From positions 275,747 through 339,746 of the forward strand of contig VGVV01000003.1 in assembly GCA_016873895.1 (NCBI GenBank): 64,000 bases of DNA. The letters run 5' to 3'. Numbering within the stretch: position 1 is the first letter of the stretch; every line of letters begins with the position of its first letter. Position numbers and translations under genes: made by a program. Shown here in pieces: positions 10,415-19,387 of this stretch. The DNA comes from Ignavibacteria bacterium. Its GTDB lineage: Bacteria; Bacteroidota; Ignavibacteria; Kapaibacteriales; Kapaibacteriaceae. The notes beneath the pieces were generated by a model. The model worked only from the letters and a program-made list of their open reading frames with translations, did no database searches and was not told where the DNA came from.

Positions 10415-11139
10415 CTTTCGTCATAGGGGGCGCCAGGCGTCTTGGTAGGTCTATATCGCTGCGTCTGGCTTCTGAAGGTTACGATGTTGGCATCAGCTAT
10501 TTTTCGTCAGAGCAGCATGCGCGAACCCTGGCGACAGAAGTTCTAGAGCTGGATAGGCGCTTCGCCAGCGTCAGATGTGACGTTCGAGACGAGGACGAAC
10601 TACATGCCACGTGGCGTGCACTCTGCCAAGCGCTTGGGCAGCCAGATGTGGTGGTCCTCTGCGCAGGTGTGTTTCCAGATCCACAACAACCAGAAACACT
10701 CACATCAGAGCACCTCATCAACGTTATGCGCGTTAACTCTCTGCCTCTTTTATCGATAGCTGCTAACTATGCCTTGGATTGCCGTGCTTCTCAGACTACC
10801 GGACGTCTCATCTCCATAGGCTCTTTAGGTGCAACGGAGATTTGGAAAGACCGCTTGCTTTACAATACCAGCAAAGGTGCCGCGCGCACAATCGCGCTTT
10901 CACTTGCGCGTAGCATGGCACCTACACTCAGCGTAAATATCGTTGCTCCTGGTGCGATATCCCAGCCAAATGATAGCAGTAAAACAGACCAGTATCTAAT
11001 CGCACCAGAGCGCATACCGATGCTACGACATGGCACGGACGTAGATGTATGCGATGCTGTCATGTTTTTTGCTCAAGCCTCACACTATATCACTGGTCAG
11101 ACCATCTCTGTAGACGGCGGCTACGGCCTAACTCGGTAA
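10405..11139 (+). CDS. SDR oxidoreductase, pteridine reductase/FolM-like
   Basis: GGARRLG NAD(P) motif, YNTSK catalytic motif, ITGQTISVDGG; overlaps ygfZ stop. Confidence 0.8.
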   Translation: MPIAFVIGGARRLGRSISLRLASEGYDVGISYFSSEQHARTLATEVLELDRRFASVRCDVRDEDELHATWRALCQALGQPDVVVLCAGVFPDPQQPETLTSEHLINVMRVNSLPLLSIAANYALDCRASQTTGRLISIGSLGATEIWKDRLLYNTSKGAARTIALSLARSMAPTLSVNIVAPGAISQPNDSSKTDQYLIAPERIPMLRHGTDVDVCDAVMFFAQASHYITGQTISVDGGYGLTR

Positions 11140-11181
11140 ATTAGTCACGACGATTTGTAACACGGCACAACACGAAAGCGT

Positions 11182-13065
11182 ATGCGTACATCGAACTTTA
11201 TTGCAACTCTCATCGGGGTTGCCTTCACGCTGCTTCCAGCTCAAGCCGGCACTCTCGTCACATTGCCGATCAGTCCTAAGATCGGCGAGCAGATTCAGCT
11301 CGAGTATACCCCCATGGATGCAGACAAAGCCATGATGGATCGCAAGAACATCCATGCAGTGGTGTATACTTTTACAGCAGCAGCCGAACTTCCATTGGCC
11401 ATCGAAGTGCCACTTGAGAAGCGCTCTGGACGCTTTACCGGTGCACTAGTGCTGCCAAAGGATGCTGTTTATGCGATCATCAAAGTTGGTAACGGAAGCA
11501 TCTACGACACGAATAAGGAGCTTTACTGGGAAGTACTGCAGCACAATGAAAAGGGTCAGCCAGTCGAGGGTGCCGATCTCAAGTCAGCTATGGCACGATA
11601 CGGACAGTTGCCGGCCCCGTGCCGCATGAAGGATGACTTTGAAGAAGCGTTAGAGTATCTCAACAAGGAGACGCGTCTGTATCCAAAGAACGTAGTTGCT
11701 CAATTCAACTACATCATGATTGCAAAAAATACCGGCGATCTAACAGAAGACGAGGCCAAGGGGAAGTACAGAGAACTCACCTCTCAAGTAACTCAGATTC
11801 AGGGTCCTCTCGAAGCCATTGCCGTTGCTCAGGCCTATGCAGAGCAGGGGAAGCAGGAGGAATCCGAAAGAATTATGGTTGATGCTGCTCGGCGATTTCC
11901 AACATCTACGGTCTCTGAACAGGCGCAACTGCAAGAGCTGGGGGCTTCCAAGTCACTTGATGAATTTGTAGGAAGAGCAACAGAGCATTTGCAGAAATGG
12001 TCATCTTCGCCAGCGCGTCAGAACATCATTGATGCCGTGCTCAATGCGACTACACAGCAGCGTGCTATGCCACAACTTGTGCAGTTTATCCAATCAACTG
12101 CTGGATTATCTGCACGTACCATTCACCAAGCCGTTAACTTCATTGGTGCCGTAGATACGCTGCGAACCCAGGCACTAGCATTTGTGGAATCTGGCATCTC
12201 TGCAGCGCGCGATGAATCACGTAAGCCCCAAAACATGGGCATTTCTGAATGGAAAGAAGAACAACGTCTAGCCAGTTCCCAGTTACGCTTTGTGCAGGGG
12301 GCTATCCTTCGTGCCATGGGACGTAACAATGAGGCAATAACTGCACTCGAACAAAGCATCGAGATTGGCGGCGATGACTTGGAAAAGGGCTGTGTGGAAA
12401 TGCTCGTGGATATGCGAGCTCTGAGTGGCCAGAAAAAGTCTGCTCTGCAGCTGGCCGAGCGAGCTCTATCACTTGGTGTGTCTACGCCAAAGTTGTTGGA
12501 GACGTTTCGAGCACTGCTCAAAGAAGATGGTGAAGACAGTTCCGACATTGCCGAACGCGAGGAAGAACTTCGTTCGCAAGGGCGCCAGCGCATGGCTATG
12601 CGCGTAGTAAAAGACATGCTTCATCAACAGGCCATAGACGGTGCGTTCACGTCTCTCGACGGCAAGGCTGTGAAGATTTTCGATTGGAAGGGCAAGGTGG
12701 TTATCATCGATTATTGGGCAACCTGGTGCGGCCCCTGCCGCCAGTCGTTTCCGTCGCTGCAAAAGCTATACATGCGTTACAAAGACAACCCAAACGTGGT
12801 CTTTGCAATTGTAAATGTCTGGGAACGAAGCGATGATCGCGTACAGACAGTCAAGGACTTTCTCAGCAAGAACCCAACACTTACGTTTCCGATGTTTCTC
12901 GACAAAGATGACAGCGTTGTTGGAAAGTTTGGTGTAACCGGTATTCCAACCAAATTCTATCTCGGTAAGGATGGGCGCATCCAGTTTAAAGAAGTTGGAT
13001 TAAGCCCCGAGGAACAATTCCTTGACGAGGCTACAAATCGGATCGAAGCACTATTGGCCCAGTAA
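11182..13065 (+). CDS. Exported TPR-containing TlpA-family disulfide reductase
   Basis: Signal peptide, helical TPR-like middle, C-terminal WATWCGPC and GIPT thioredoxin motifs. Confidence 0.85.
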   Translation: MRTSNFIATLIGVAFTLLPAQAGTLVTLPISPKIGEQIQLEYTPMDADKAMMDRKNIHAVVYTFTAAAELPLAIEVPLEKRSGRFTGALVLPKDAVYAIIKVGNGSIYDTNKELYWEVLQHNEKGQPVEGADLKSAMARYGQLPAPCRMKDDFEEALEYLNKETRLYPKNVVAQFNYIMIAKNTGDLTEDEAKGKYRELTSQVTQIQGPLEAIAVAQAYAEQGKQEESERIMVDAARRFPTSTVSEQAQLQELGASKSLDEFVGRATEHLQKWSSSPARQNIIDAVLNATTQQRAMPQLVQFIQSTAGLSARTIHQAVNFIGAVDTLRTQALAFVESGISAARDESRKPQNMGISEWKEEQRLASSQLRFVQGAILRAMGRNNEAITALEQSIEIGGDDLEKGCVEMLVDMRALSGQKKSALQLAERALSLGVSTPKLLETFRALLKEDGEDSSDIAEREEELRSQGRQRMAMRVVKDMLHQQAIDGAFTSLDGKAVKIFDWKGKVVIIDYWATWCGPCRQSFPSLQKLYMRYKDNPNVVFAIVNVWERSDDRVQTVKDFLSKNPTLTFPMFLDKDDSVVGKFGVTGIPTKFYLGKDGRIQFKEVGLSPEEQFLDEATNRIEALLAQ

Positions 13066-13076
13066 CGATCGAAATG

Positions 13077-14267
13077 CTACTGCACAAACAGGCAGCCAGA
13101 GCTACCGGTCCATGGCTCTGTATTGTACCGAGCCCCCATAATAGGACCGCGTCCTGTCCTGGCTAATGACATCACAGGACGCGGCGCGCCAGTGTGTTCG
13201 TTCCAGATCAGCATTACACGAATTTCTACAAAGTTATCCCCGTAAGGCGTTGCAACGCATGGAGAATAGCCAACCTTCTCTTGAAGAATCCAATCGTGTA
13301 GTTCGCTCGACGGGATAGCATCCAGATCAGCCTCCGTTGGGAGTACGTTCACGCCCTTACCAGCAAATGAATACAGCGGTTTAAGAACAAAACGATCCAA
13401 TGCCTTGGGTAGCTGGGAAAGTTCACCCACGACGTGCGACTTCGGCACCGACGGATGTTTGAGATGCGGTAAGAGGTATTTGCTGATCCGGAAGTACCAA
13501 TTGGGGTGTCCGGCCCATTCCACATCCAGCTCATCAGACCAAGCAAACTTGAGCTGAACATCAAGGCTATCAAGTTCGTCGATAATCGCGCGATTGAAGA
13601 TTCTTCGTAACGGTTGGAGAACGCCGTCTCGTCCCCGGAATGCTAGCCCCTTGCCGTCTCGTACCACATCTCGTATGTTAATCGTCTGCAGTCCAATGAG
13701 GCGCTCCATTGCAACAAAATCCGGACGTGTCTTTTGAAGATGTGGGTCGATCTCCATCAAGGCAACTTCACATGGGTCATACCCAGAGAAAATAGCATCG
13801 GCTAAGAGGTTGGTGTAATGGACACCATCAAGACTATCAAAAAACGGCGTGCAGTTCTCGAGACGATATGTTTCTATCATCCGATGAGCAAACTCGTACT
13901 GGTAGCCAAACAAAGAGGGAAAGCCCTGTAGCTCGATCAGCCTCGGTACATACATGCCAGACTCATCTTGCGTAATCGCGAAATCAACTACGGAGAACAG
14001 CGGAACAGCGCTCTCGTTAGGCACGCTGTACCGGGGTTGAAGCGTTGCATTGGATAGGGTCCGATTGGCGGGCAAGACGCATTGCTGGATAATCTCTACA
14101 GCGGCCTGTTCAAGTTGCAGGCGCATTGGGTACGAGACAAAGATGGGCATCTCGCAAACACGATACTCGATCTTGAGTTCAAGGTCCTGCTCTAGTCGAC
14201 TCTGGAACGCATTGTACGAGTTGTCGGTTACCCGCGAGAGAAACTGCTGCTGTAGATCAGGTCGCAT
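13077..14267 (-). CDS. Uncharacterised ATP-grasp-like ligase (glutathionylspermidine synthase/circularly permuted ATP-grasp-like)
   Basis: VDFAI, LIELQGFPS, FVLKPLYSFAGKGV, WILQEKV motifs; start chosen at the ATG at 14267 (alternative 14306). Confidence 0.65.
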   Translation of the reverse strand: MRPDLQQQFLSRVTDNSYNAFQSRLEQDLELKIEYRVCEMPIFVSYPMRLQLEQAAVEIIQQCVLPANRTLSNATLQPRYSVPNESAVPLFSVVDFAITQDESGMYVPRLIELQGFPSLFGYQYEFAHRMIETYRLENCTPFFDSLDGVHYTNLLADAIFSGYDPCEVALMEIDPHLQKTRPDFVAMERLIGLQTINIRDVVRDGKGLAFRGRDGVLQPLRRIFNRAIIDELDSLDVQLKFAWSDELDVEWAGHPNWYFRISKYLLPHLKHPSVPKSHVVGELSQLPKALDRFVLKPLYSFAGKGVNVLPTEADLDAIPSSELHDWILQEKVGYSPCVATPYGDNFVEIRVMLIWNEHTGAPRPVMSLARTGRGPIMGARYNTEPWTGSSGCLFVQ

Positions 14268-15732
14268 ACCGCGAATATCTGCAAACCCCGGCAGTAAAGG
14301 TTGCAAGAATATTCGTCAGGTGAATCTCGTCTGGTGTGCACGAGAGAAGGTCCCTGTCGACTATCGTAAAGTCGGCATCATAACCTACTTCCAGCCTGCC
14401 GCGACGGTAGTCCATCCCAGCCGTTATGTGTGCACCTTCTGTGAAGGCATAGAGCGCCTCGTCCTGACCAATACATTCATGCTTTTGCCAGGGGGCTTGC
14501 ATTCCGCGGGGTATTCGGCGAACAAATGCATCAATGCCAGCTATAACCGATGGATCTTCAATGGGGAAATCTGAGCCTGCACCCATGTGAATGCCCGACT
14601 CAAGCAGTGAACGCCACCTATATGCCCAAGGTAGGCGGCAATCGCCGAGACGCTTTTCGGCCATAACTGCATCGCTAATGCAATGCGTTGGTTGAACGCA
14701 GGCAATGATATTAAGCCGAGACATGCGCGCAACATCTTCGGGACGCACATGCTGTGCGTGTTCGATACGGAGGATAATCTCTTGTGCATCTTCACGCTGG
14801 CGGATCTGCTCGTAAACATGAATAACGTTGTGCACTGCTTGGTCGCCAATTGCATGAATAGCTATCGCTTGCCACCCCGCATCTATGGCGGCATGGCATT
14901 GTGCAAGCATGTGTTGAACAGTTACCACCTCGATACCACATGTTGATGCATCATCTGTATACGGGGCCGCGAGCAGCGCACCACGAGACCCAAGTGCACC
15001 ATCAGCAAATAACTTTACACCCGCCACGCGATGGAACTCACCGCCAGCTGGTAACAAACCATGATCTAACCACTCACCGTTCTGACCACGAACAAAAGAT
15101 TGCACGCGAATGGGAAGTTTACCTGACTCGGCAAGGTCTCTTGTAATTCTTGCTGCAGCCTCGGAAACATCCATGTCGTGAACTTCTGTGATACCATGCT
15201 CGCTGCATACCACAGCAGCGCGCATGATGAAGTCACGAATCGTGTCATCAGAGTATTCCGGCATGGCATGCATCACCGGCAGCATGTCATCATCAATAAG
15301 TAAACCACTATGATCGGACGGATCAATACCTGCCTTGATGAGAGCCGCACTATTAACCCAAGCACAATGTCCGTCTATGCGCGTAGCATACACGGGAGTA
15401 TGCGGAAACTCGTTATCGAGCGTGCGTCTGCTTGGCAGCGTAGGATCCGTCCATAGCTCATGGTTCCAGCCACGGCCGCGCATCCATCCGTCACGAATCT
15501 CAGACCCCTTCAAGAGGTCAACTGCGTTCTGTTCGCTCGAGGATAGATCAAGACGTGTATTGCTCAGGAACTCTCCAAGCCCCATAATATGGGCGTGATT
15601 GTCTACAAAGCCCGGGTAGAGCGAGCAGCCTGGGAATTCAAATGTCGACGTTTCGGTACGAATGATCGAACCAGTTGCACAGGGAATCAGTGCACGAATG
15701 CGCCCGCGCTCAACATGAACTTCGACAAACAT
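14257..15732 (-). CDS. Metal-dependent amidohydrolase (YtcJ-like, Amidohydro_3)
   Basis: PGFVDNHAH, KLFADGALGSRGA, HAIGD, RIEHAQ, GSDFP. Confidence 0.9.
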   Translation of the reverse strand: MFVEVHVERGRIRALIPCATGSIIRTETSTFEFPGCSLYPGFVDNHAHIMGLGEFLSNTRLDLSSSEQNAVDLLKGSEIRDGWMRGRGWNHELWTDPTLPSRRTLDNEFPHTPVYATRIDGHCAWVNSAALIKAGIDPSDHSGLLIDDDMLPVMHAMPEYSDDTIRDFIMRAAVVCSEHGITEVHDMDVSEAAARITRDLAESGKLPIRVQSFVRGQNGEWLDHGLLPAGGEFHRVAGVKLFADGALGSRGALLAAPYTDDASTCGIEVVTVQHMLAQCHAAIDAGWQAIAIHAIGDQAVHNVIHVYEQIRQREDAQEIILRIEHAQHVRPEDVARMSRLNIIACVQPTHCISDAVMAEKRLGDCRLPWAYRWRSLLESGIHMGAGSDFPIEDPSVIAGIDAFVRRIPRGMQAPWQKHECIGQDEALYAFTEGAHITAGMDYRRGRLEVGYDADFTIVDRDLLSCTPDEIHLTNILATFTAGVCRYSRYAT

Positions 15733-15734
15733 GA

Positions 15735-16082
15735 CTAGTTGCGCAGACGAATGGTGTCTACGGTGTCCAGATAATCCTTCTTCTGAAGAAGCTGTTCTTG
15801 AGACTCAACGTTGTTCGGGTCTGGCAAACAACAATCTACTGGGCATACGGCTGCACACTGCGGCTCGTCATGGAACCCTTTGCACTCGGTACATTTATCT
15901 GGCACGATGTAATAGAATTCACCCGAGAAGAATTCACCATTGAACCCGCCAGGCGATGTCGAGTCGTGGAACTTGCTATCGCCAAGTGACCATTCGGCAC
16001 CGGCCTCGTAAATGGCGGTATTCGGACACTCAGGCTCGCATGCGCCGCAATTGATGCAGTCGCTGGTGATATAGATTGCCAT
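15735..16082 (-). CDS. YfhL-family 2[4Fe-4S] ferredoxin
   Basis: [12 protein letters not shown] and [22 protein letters not shown]. Confidence 0.93.
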   Translation of the reverse strand: MAIYITSDCINCGACEPECPNTAIYEAGAEWSLGDSKFHDSTSPGGFNGEFFSGEFYYIVPDKCTECKGFHDEPQCAAVCPVDCCLPDPNNVESQEQLLQKKDYLDTVDTIRLRN

Positions 16083-16106
16083 AGCTTTTTTGTGTTGTTA
16101 CAAGAC

Positions 16107-16115
16107 GCAAAACTA
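16107..16115 (-). promoter_or_regulatory. -7 box TAGTTTTGC upstream of ferredoxin
   Basis: Matches TAnnTTTG, 24 nt upstream of the ATG. Confidence 0.5.
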
Positions 16116-16190
16116 CATCAAGAAACTATTTCGACATGAATTTCGTTCCAGCGATACTGTTGTCGCACAATATCGTAGAGCATCTGCACA

Positions 16191-18452
16191 GTGGTTATAC
16201 GTTTACTTACGTCCGTTATCGGACTATTGTTACTAACAAATTCGTCGCAGGCTCTCGTAGGCCCTACGTCTTCCATCAATGGTTTTGTCGAAGACAGCAT
16301 CACAAAGGAAACGCTAGTAGGTGCAGCAGCCAAGCTGAAGGGAACAAAACTTGCCGCGTACACAAATAAGAGCGGGTATTTTACAATCGGCTCAATTCCA
16401 GCAGGGTCATATGTTCTGCTCGTGTCAGCTTTTGGTTATCAAACACGAGAGATACCTGTTGTTGTAGAAGCCGGGAAACCTCAGAAACTGCGAATACAGA
16501 TGATTTCGCGTGTAACAAAGGGTGATGAACTGCTTGTAACTGCAGATCGCGAAGAGGACAAACGTCAGATTTCCATATCACGTGTGAACATTCCCATGGA
16601 GCAGCTATCGCAGATTCGTATTGGTGGCGAAGCTGATGTTTTTCGCGCACTGCAAATGTTACCAGGCGTTCTGACGTCGTCTCAGATCTCATCTGGACTG
16701 TTCATTCGGGGAGGTTCTCCGGACCAGAACCTCGTCTTGCTTGACGGTATGACTGTCTACAACCCTACACACTTGTTCGGTTTTATATCAGCTTTTAACA
16801 ACGATGCTATTAAAGATGTTGATTTGATTAAAGGTGGTTTTCCGGCTGAATACGGCGGTCGAATGTCTGCTGTGTTAAATATCACCCAAAAAGACGGCAA
16901 CAGGGACCACGTAGAGGGGCTGGTTGGCTTAGGTCTGATATCATCACGCTTTTCTCTCCAAGGCCCGATGGGGAATGGTTCGTTCTTTGTCGGCGGACGC
17001 CGCACATATCTAGACCTTATCACAGGTGCGCTGCCCGAGGATCCAGAATCACCCCTTCCTTCGTTTAACTTTTACGATGTAAACGTTAAGTTCACACAAA
17101 ACCTTAGCGATGATGATAAGTTTTCTCTGAGCGGTTTTCTTACGCGCGACAACCTAACTTTCTCGCAGCCCGGCCTTGACTTTGGTGTCAGACTCGGAAA
17201 CCGAGCAACGGCAGCCCGCTGGTCACACGTGTATTCACCCGAGCTGTTTTCTGTGGTGAACGTTAGTGCAAGCCGCTACGACAATGGTTTCACCGGAGAT
17301 AACTCGGGCTTGCGATTTGATGTGAACAATTCGATCATCGACTACACCATTAAATCTGAATTCGAATGGTTCACTGCCGAGAATTTCACCGTAAAGACCG
17401 GCTACGAGGGCTCGATATACAACTTCACGTACACACAGATTTTTGAACAATCATTAGCAGGAAACGACAAACAAACTGATACTAATGAATTGAACATTTG
17501 GGACAACATACATGCTGCGTATGGCCAGTTCAACTGGAACGCTACGGATCTGCTTTCTTTGCAGGGTGGCTTCCGCGTTAACTATTGGACAAAGTCCGAC
17601 CAAACACTCGTCGACCCTCGTCTTGCTGCTCGATGGCAGATAGCTGAGGGAGTAGCGGTTAAAGCTGCATGGGGATTGTATCATCAATATTTGCGCTTGG
17701 CATCATCACCAGATTTTTCGTTTTTCGATACATGGCTACCGACCGATCAGACGTCGCCTACTGGCAGGGCAGTACACTACATCGCAGCAATTGAGACGAA
17801 GCCATGGGAAGGATATGACTTCAATTTTGATGTGTACTACAAAACACTTGATAACATCAACGAACTACAACAGGGCAATAGACGCTCGATAACTGTTTCC
17901 GATATCTTCTATTTCGGTAACGGTCGAACATATGGTGCTGAGGTGTTCCTTCAGAAGAAGACTGGTCGTCTTACCGGATGGATTGGTTATGCATTGGGAT
18001 ATGTGTACTCACAGTTTGACAGCGTCAATCAAGGTCGTGAGTTTCGTCCAAAGTTCGATCGTCGGCACGATCTGAAGATTACAGCTCTGTACAACCTTTC
18101 CAAAACTTGGGAGATTGGTGCAACATTCATGTTTCAATCAGGCCAATCCTACACAGGCGCTACCTCCACGGTAGGAGGGCGCATGCCGGGTTGGGAAGGG
18201 GGCATTGTAATGATCAATCCTTCGCAGCGTTGGGGACTGCGTCTACCCAATTCTCACCAGCTAAACCTCAACGTTAACTACAACACCACGTTGTTTGATC
18301 TTCCTTGTCGATTGTTCCTCGATGTGTACAACGTGTATTCACGTCGAGACATTTGGTTTCGATTCTACCGAACGAACCAGGGTTTTCCAGAGGTTACTGA
18401 CGTCCGATTGCTGCCAATACTTCCGACGATCTCTATGGAGGTCAAGTTTTAA
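16191..18452 (+). CDS. TonB-dependent receptor with N-terminal carboxypeptidase-regulatory-like domain
   Basis: Signal peptide, plug motif IRGGSPDQNLVLLDG and GGFPAEYGGR, beta-barrel ending in F. Confidence 0.92.
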   Translation: MVIRLLTSVIGLLLLTNSSQALVGPTSSINGFVEDSITKETLVGAAAKLKGTKLAAYTNKSGYFTIGSIPAGSYVLLVSAFGYQTREIPVVVEAGKPQKLRIQMISRVTKGDELLVTADREEDKRQISISRVNIPMEQLSQIRIGGEADVFRALQMLPGVLTSSQISSGLFIRGGSPDQNLVLLDGMTVYNPTHLFGFISAFNNDAIKDVDLIKGGFPAEYGGRMSAVLNITQKDGNRDHVEGLVGLGLISSRFSLQGPMGNGSFFVGGRRTYLDLITGALPEDPESPLPSFNFYDVNVKFTQNLSDDDKFSLSGFLTRDNLTFSQPGLDFGVRLGNRATAARWSHVYSPELFSVVNVSASRYDNGFTGDNSGLRFDVNNSIIDYTIKSEFEWFTAENFTVKTGYEGSIYNFTYTQIFEQSLAGNDKQTDTNELNIWDNIHAAYGQFNWNATDLLSLQGGFRVNYWTKSDQTLVDPRLAARWQIAEGVAVKAAWGLYHQYLRLASSPDFSFFDTWLPTDQTSPTGRAVHYIAAIETKPWEGYDFNFDVYYKTLDNINELQQGNRRSITVSDIFYFGNGRTYGAEVFLQKKTGRLTGWIGYALGYVYSQFDSVNQGREFRPKFDRRHDLKITALYNLSKTWEIGATFMFQSGQSYTGATSTVGGRMPGWEGGIVMINPSQRWGLRLPNSHQLNLNVNYNTTLFDLPCRLFLDVYNVYSRRDIWFRFYRTNQGFPEVTDVRLLPILPTISMEVKF

Positions 18453-19351
18453 TGAAGACTCTCATGACAAATATCCGCCTGCTTCTTGCACTACTTGTGG
18501 TAACGCTCATCACAACGTCGTGTGAAGATCCTATTCCCACAGATTACACTGAAGAACTCGTCATCGAGGGCTTTGTCATCGTAGGAGAGCCCCTTGCCAA
18601 TATTCGTGTTATGCGGACGCTACCCATCAGCGATACATTTTCTTTCAAGAAAGCAGCAGTCAATGATGCCACGGTTCGCGTCTTTGCCAACAACTCAGAG
18701 ATAGCAATTGAGTTTGTAGCTGATTCATTTGGCGGCAGTTACCGAGCTCGCGATGCTTCGTACCGTGTTCTACCAAGTTCATCATACCAGATTCGCGTGA
18801 AGGCGCTAGGCAAGACCCTGGAGGCAACCACCATCACTCCAATTGCATTGTCGTGGATCAAGGAAGGACCCAACGTTGTACAATTCCCGCATCCAGACTC
18901 TTTGCTATTTCCGGGAGCTGATAGCCTTGCTGTATCGTGGTCTCAGGTGCCGAATACCGAGTTCTATATCATCGGACTCGAATGCCTAGACACCCTAGGG
19001 TACGGTAAATACCTCACACCTGCGTCTTCAGATACCAACACGCGAACTCCCAGGCCAAAGCCAGACTTCTTCAACCGAGACGGTACACTTGTTTCCAATG
19101 AGCGTACTATCTTCGGTGGGACCATTTTCAGTGCAAGTCAAACCATCTGGGGCGTGTTTCGTTGGCATGGCAGACACCGACTAAACATCTATGCGCCTAA
19201 CAAAGAGTTTCTCGAATGGTTCTATCAGGTGGGTAGCGGTCGTCGTAGCTCCTACGACTATCGACTTTCTAATATCAAGGGTGGGCTTGGTGTATGGGGC
19301 GGCGCATCATTGATCAGAACGGAGAAGTTCTTGCTCAAATACGGTGGCTGA
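18452..19351 (+). CDS. DUF4249-like lipoprotein
   Basis: Lipobox TTSC-ED, LVIEG, C-terminal SNIKGGLGVWGG; coupled to the TBDR via TAATG. Confidence 0.8.
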   Translation: MKTLMTNIRLLLALLVVTLITTSCEDPIPTDYTEELVIEGFVIVGEPLANIRVMRTLPISDTFSFKKAAVNDATVRVFANNSEIAIEFVADSFGGSYRARDASYRVLPSSSYQIRVKALGKTLEATTITPIALSWIKEGPNVVQFPHPDSLLFPGADSLAVSWSQVPNTEFYIIGLECLDTLGYGKYLTPASSDTNTRTPRPKPDFFNRDGTLVSNERTIFGGTIFSASQTIWGVFRWHGRHRLNIYAPNKEFLEWFYQVGSGRRSSYDYRLSNIKGGLGVWGGASLIRTEKFLLKYGG

Positions 19352-19387
19352 GAGGGTACCGGGGGTACGCAGGGGTACGCGAGGGTG
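19351..19387 (+). repeat. G-rich 10-nt-period repeat with a canonical G-quadruplex pattern
   Basis: AGAGGGTACC GGGGGTACGC AGGGGTACGC GAGGGTG fills the gap between convergent stop codons. Confidence 0.6.
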
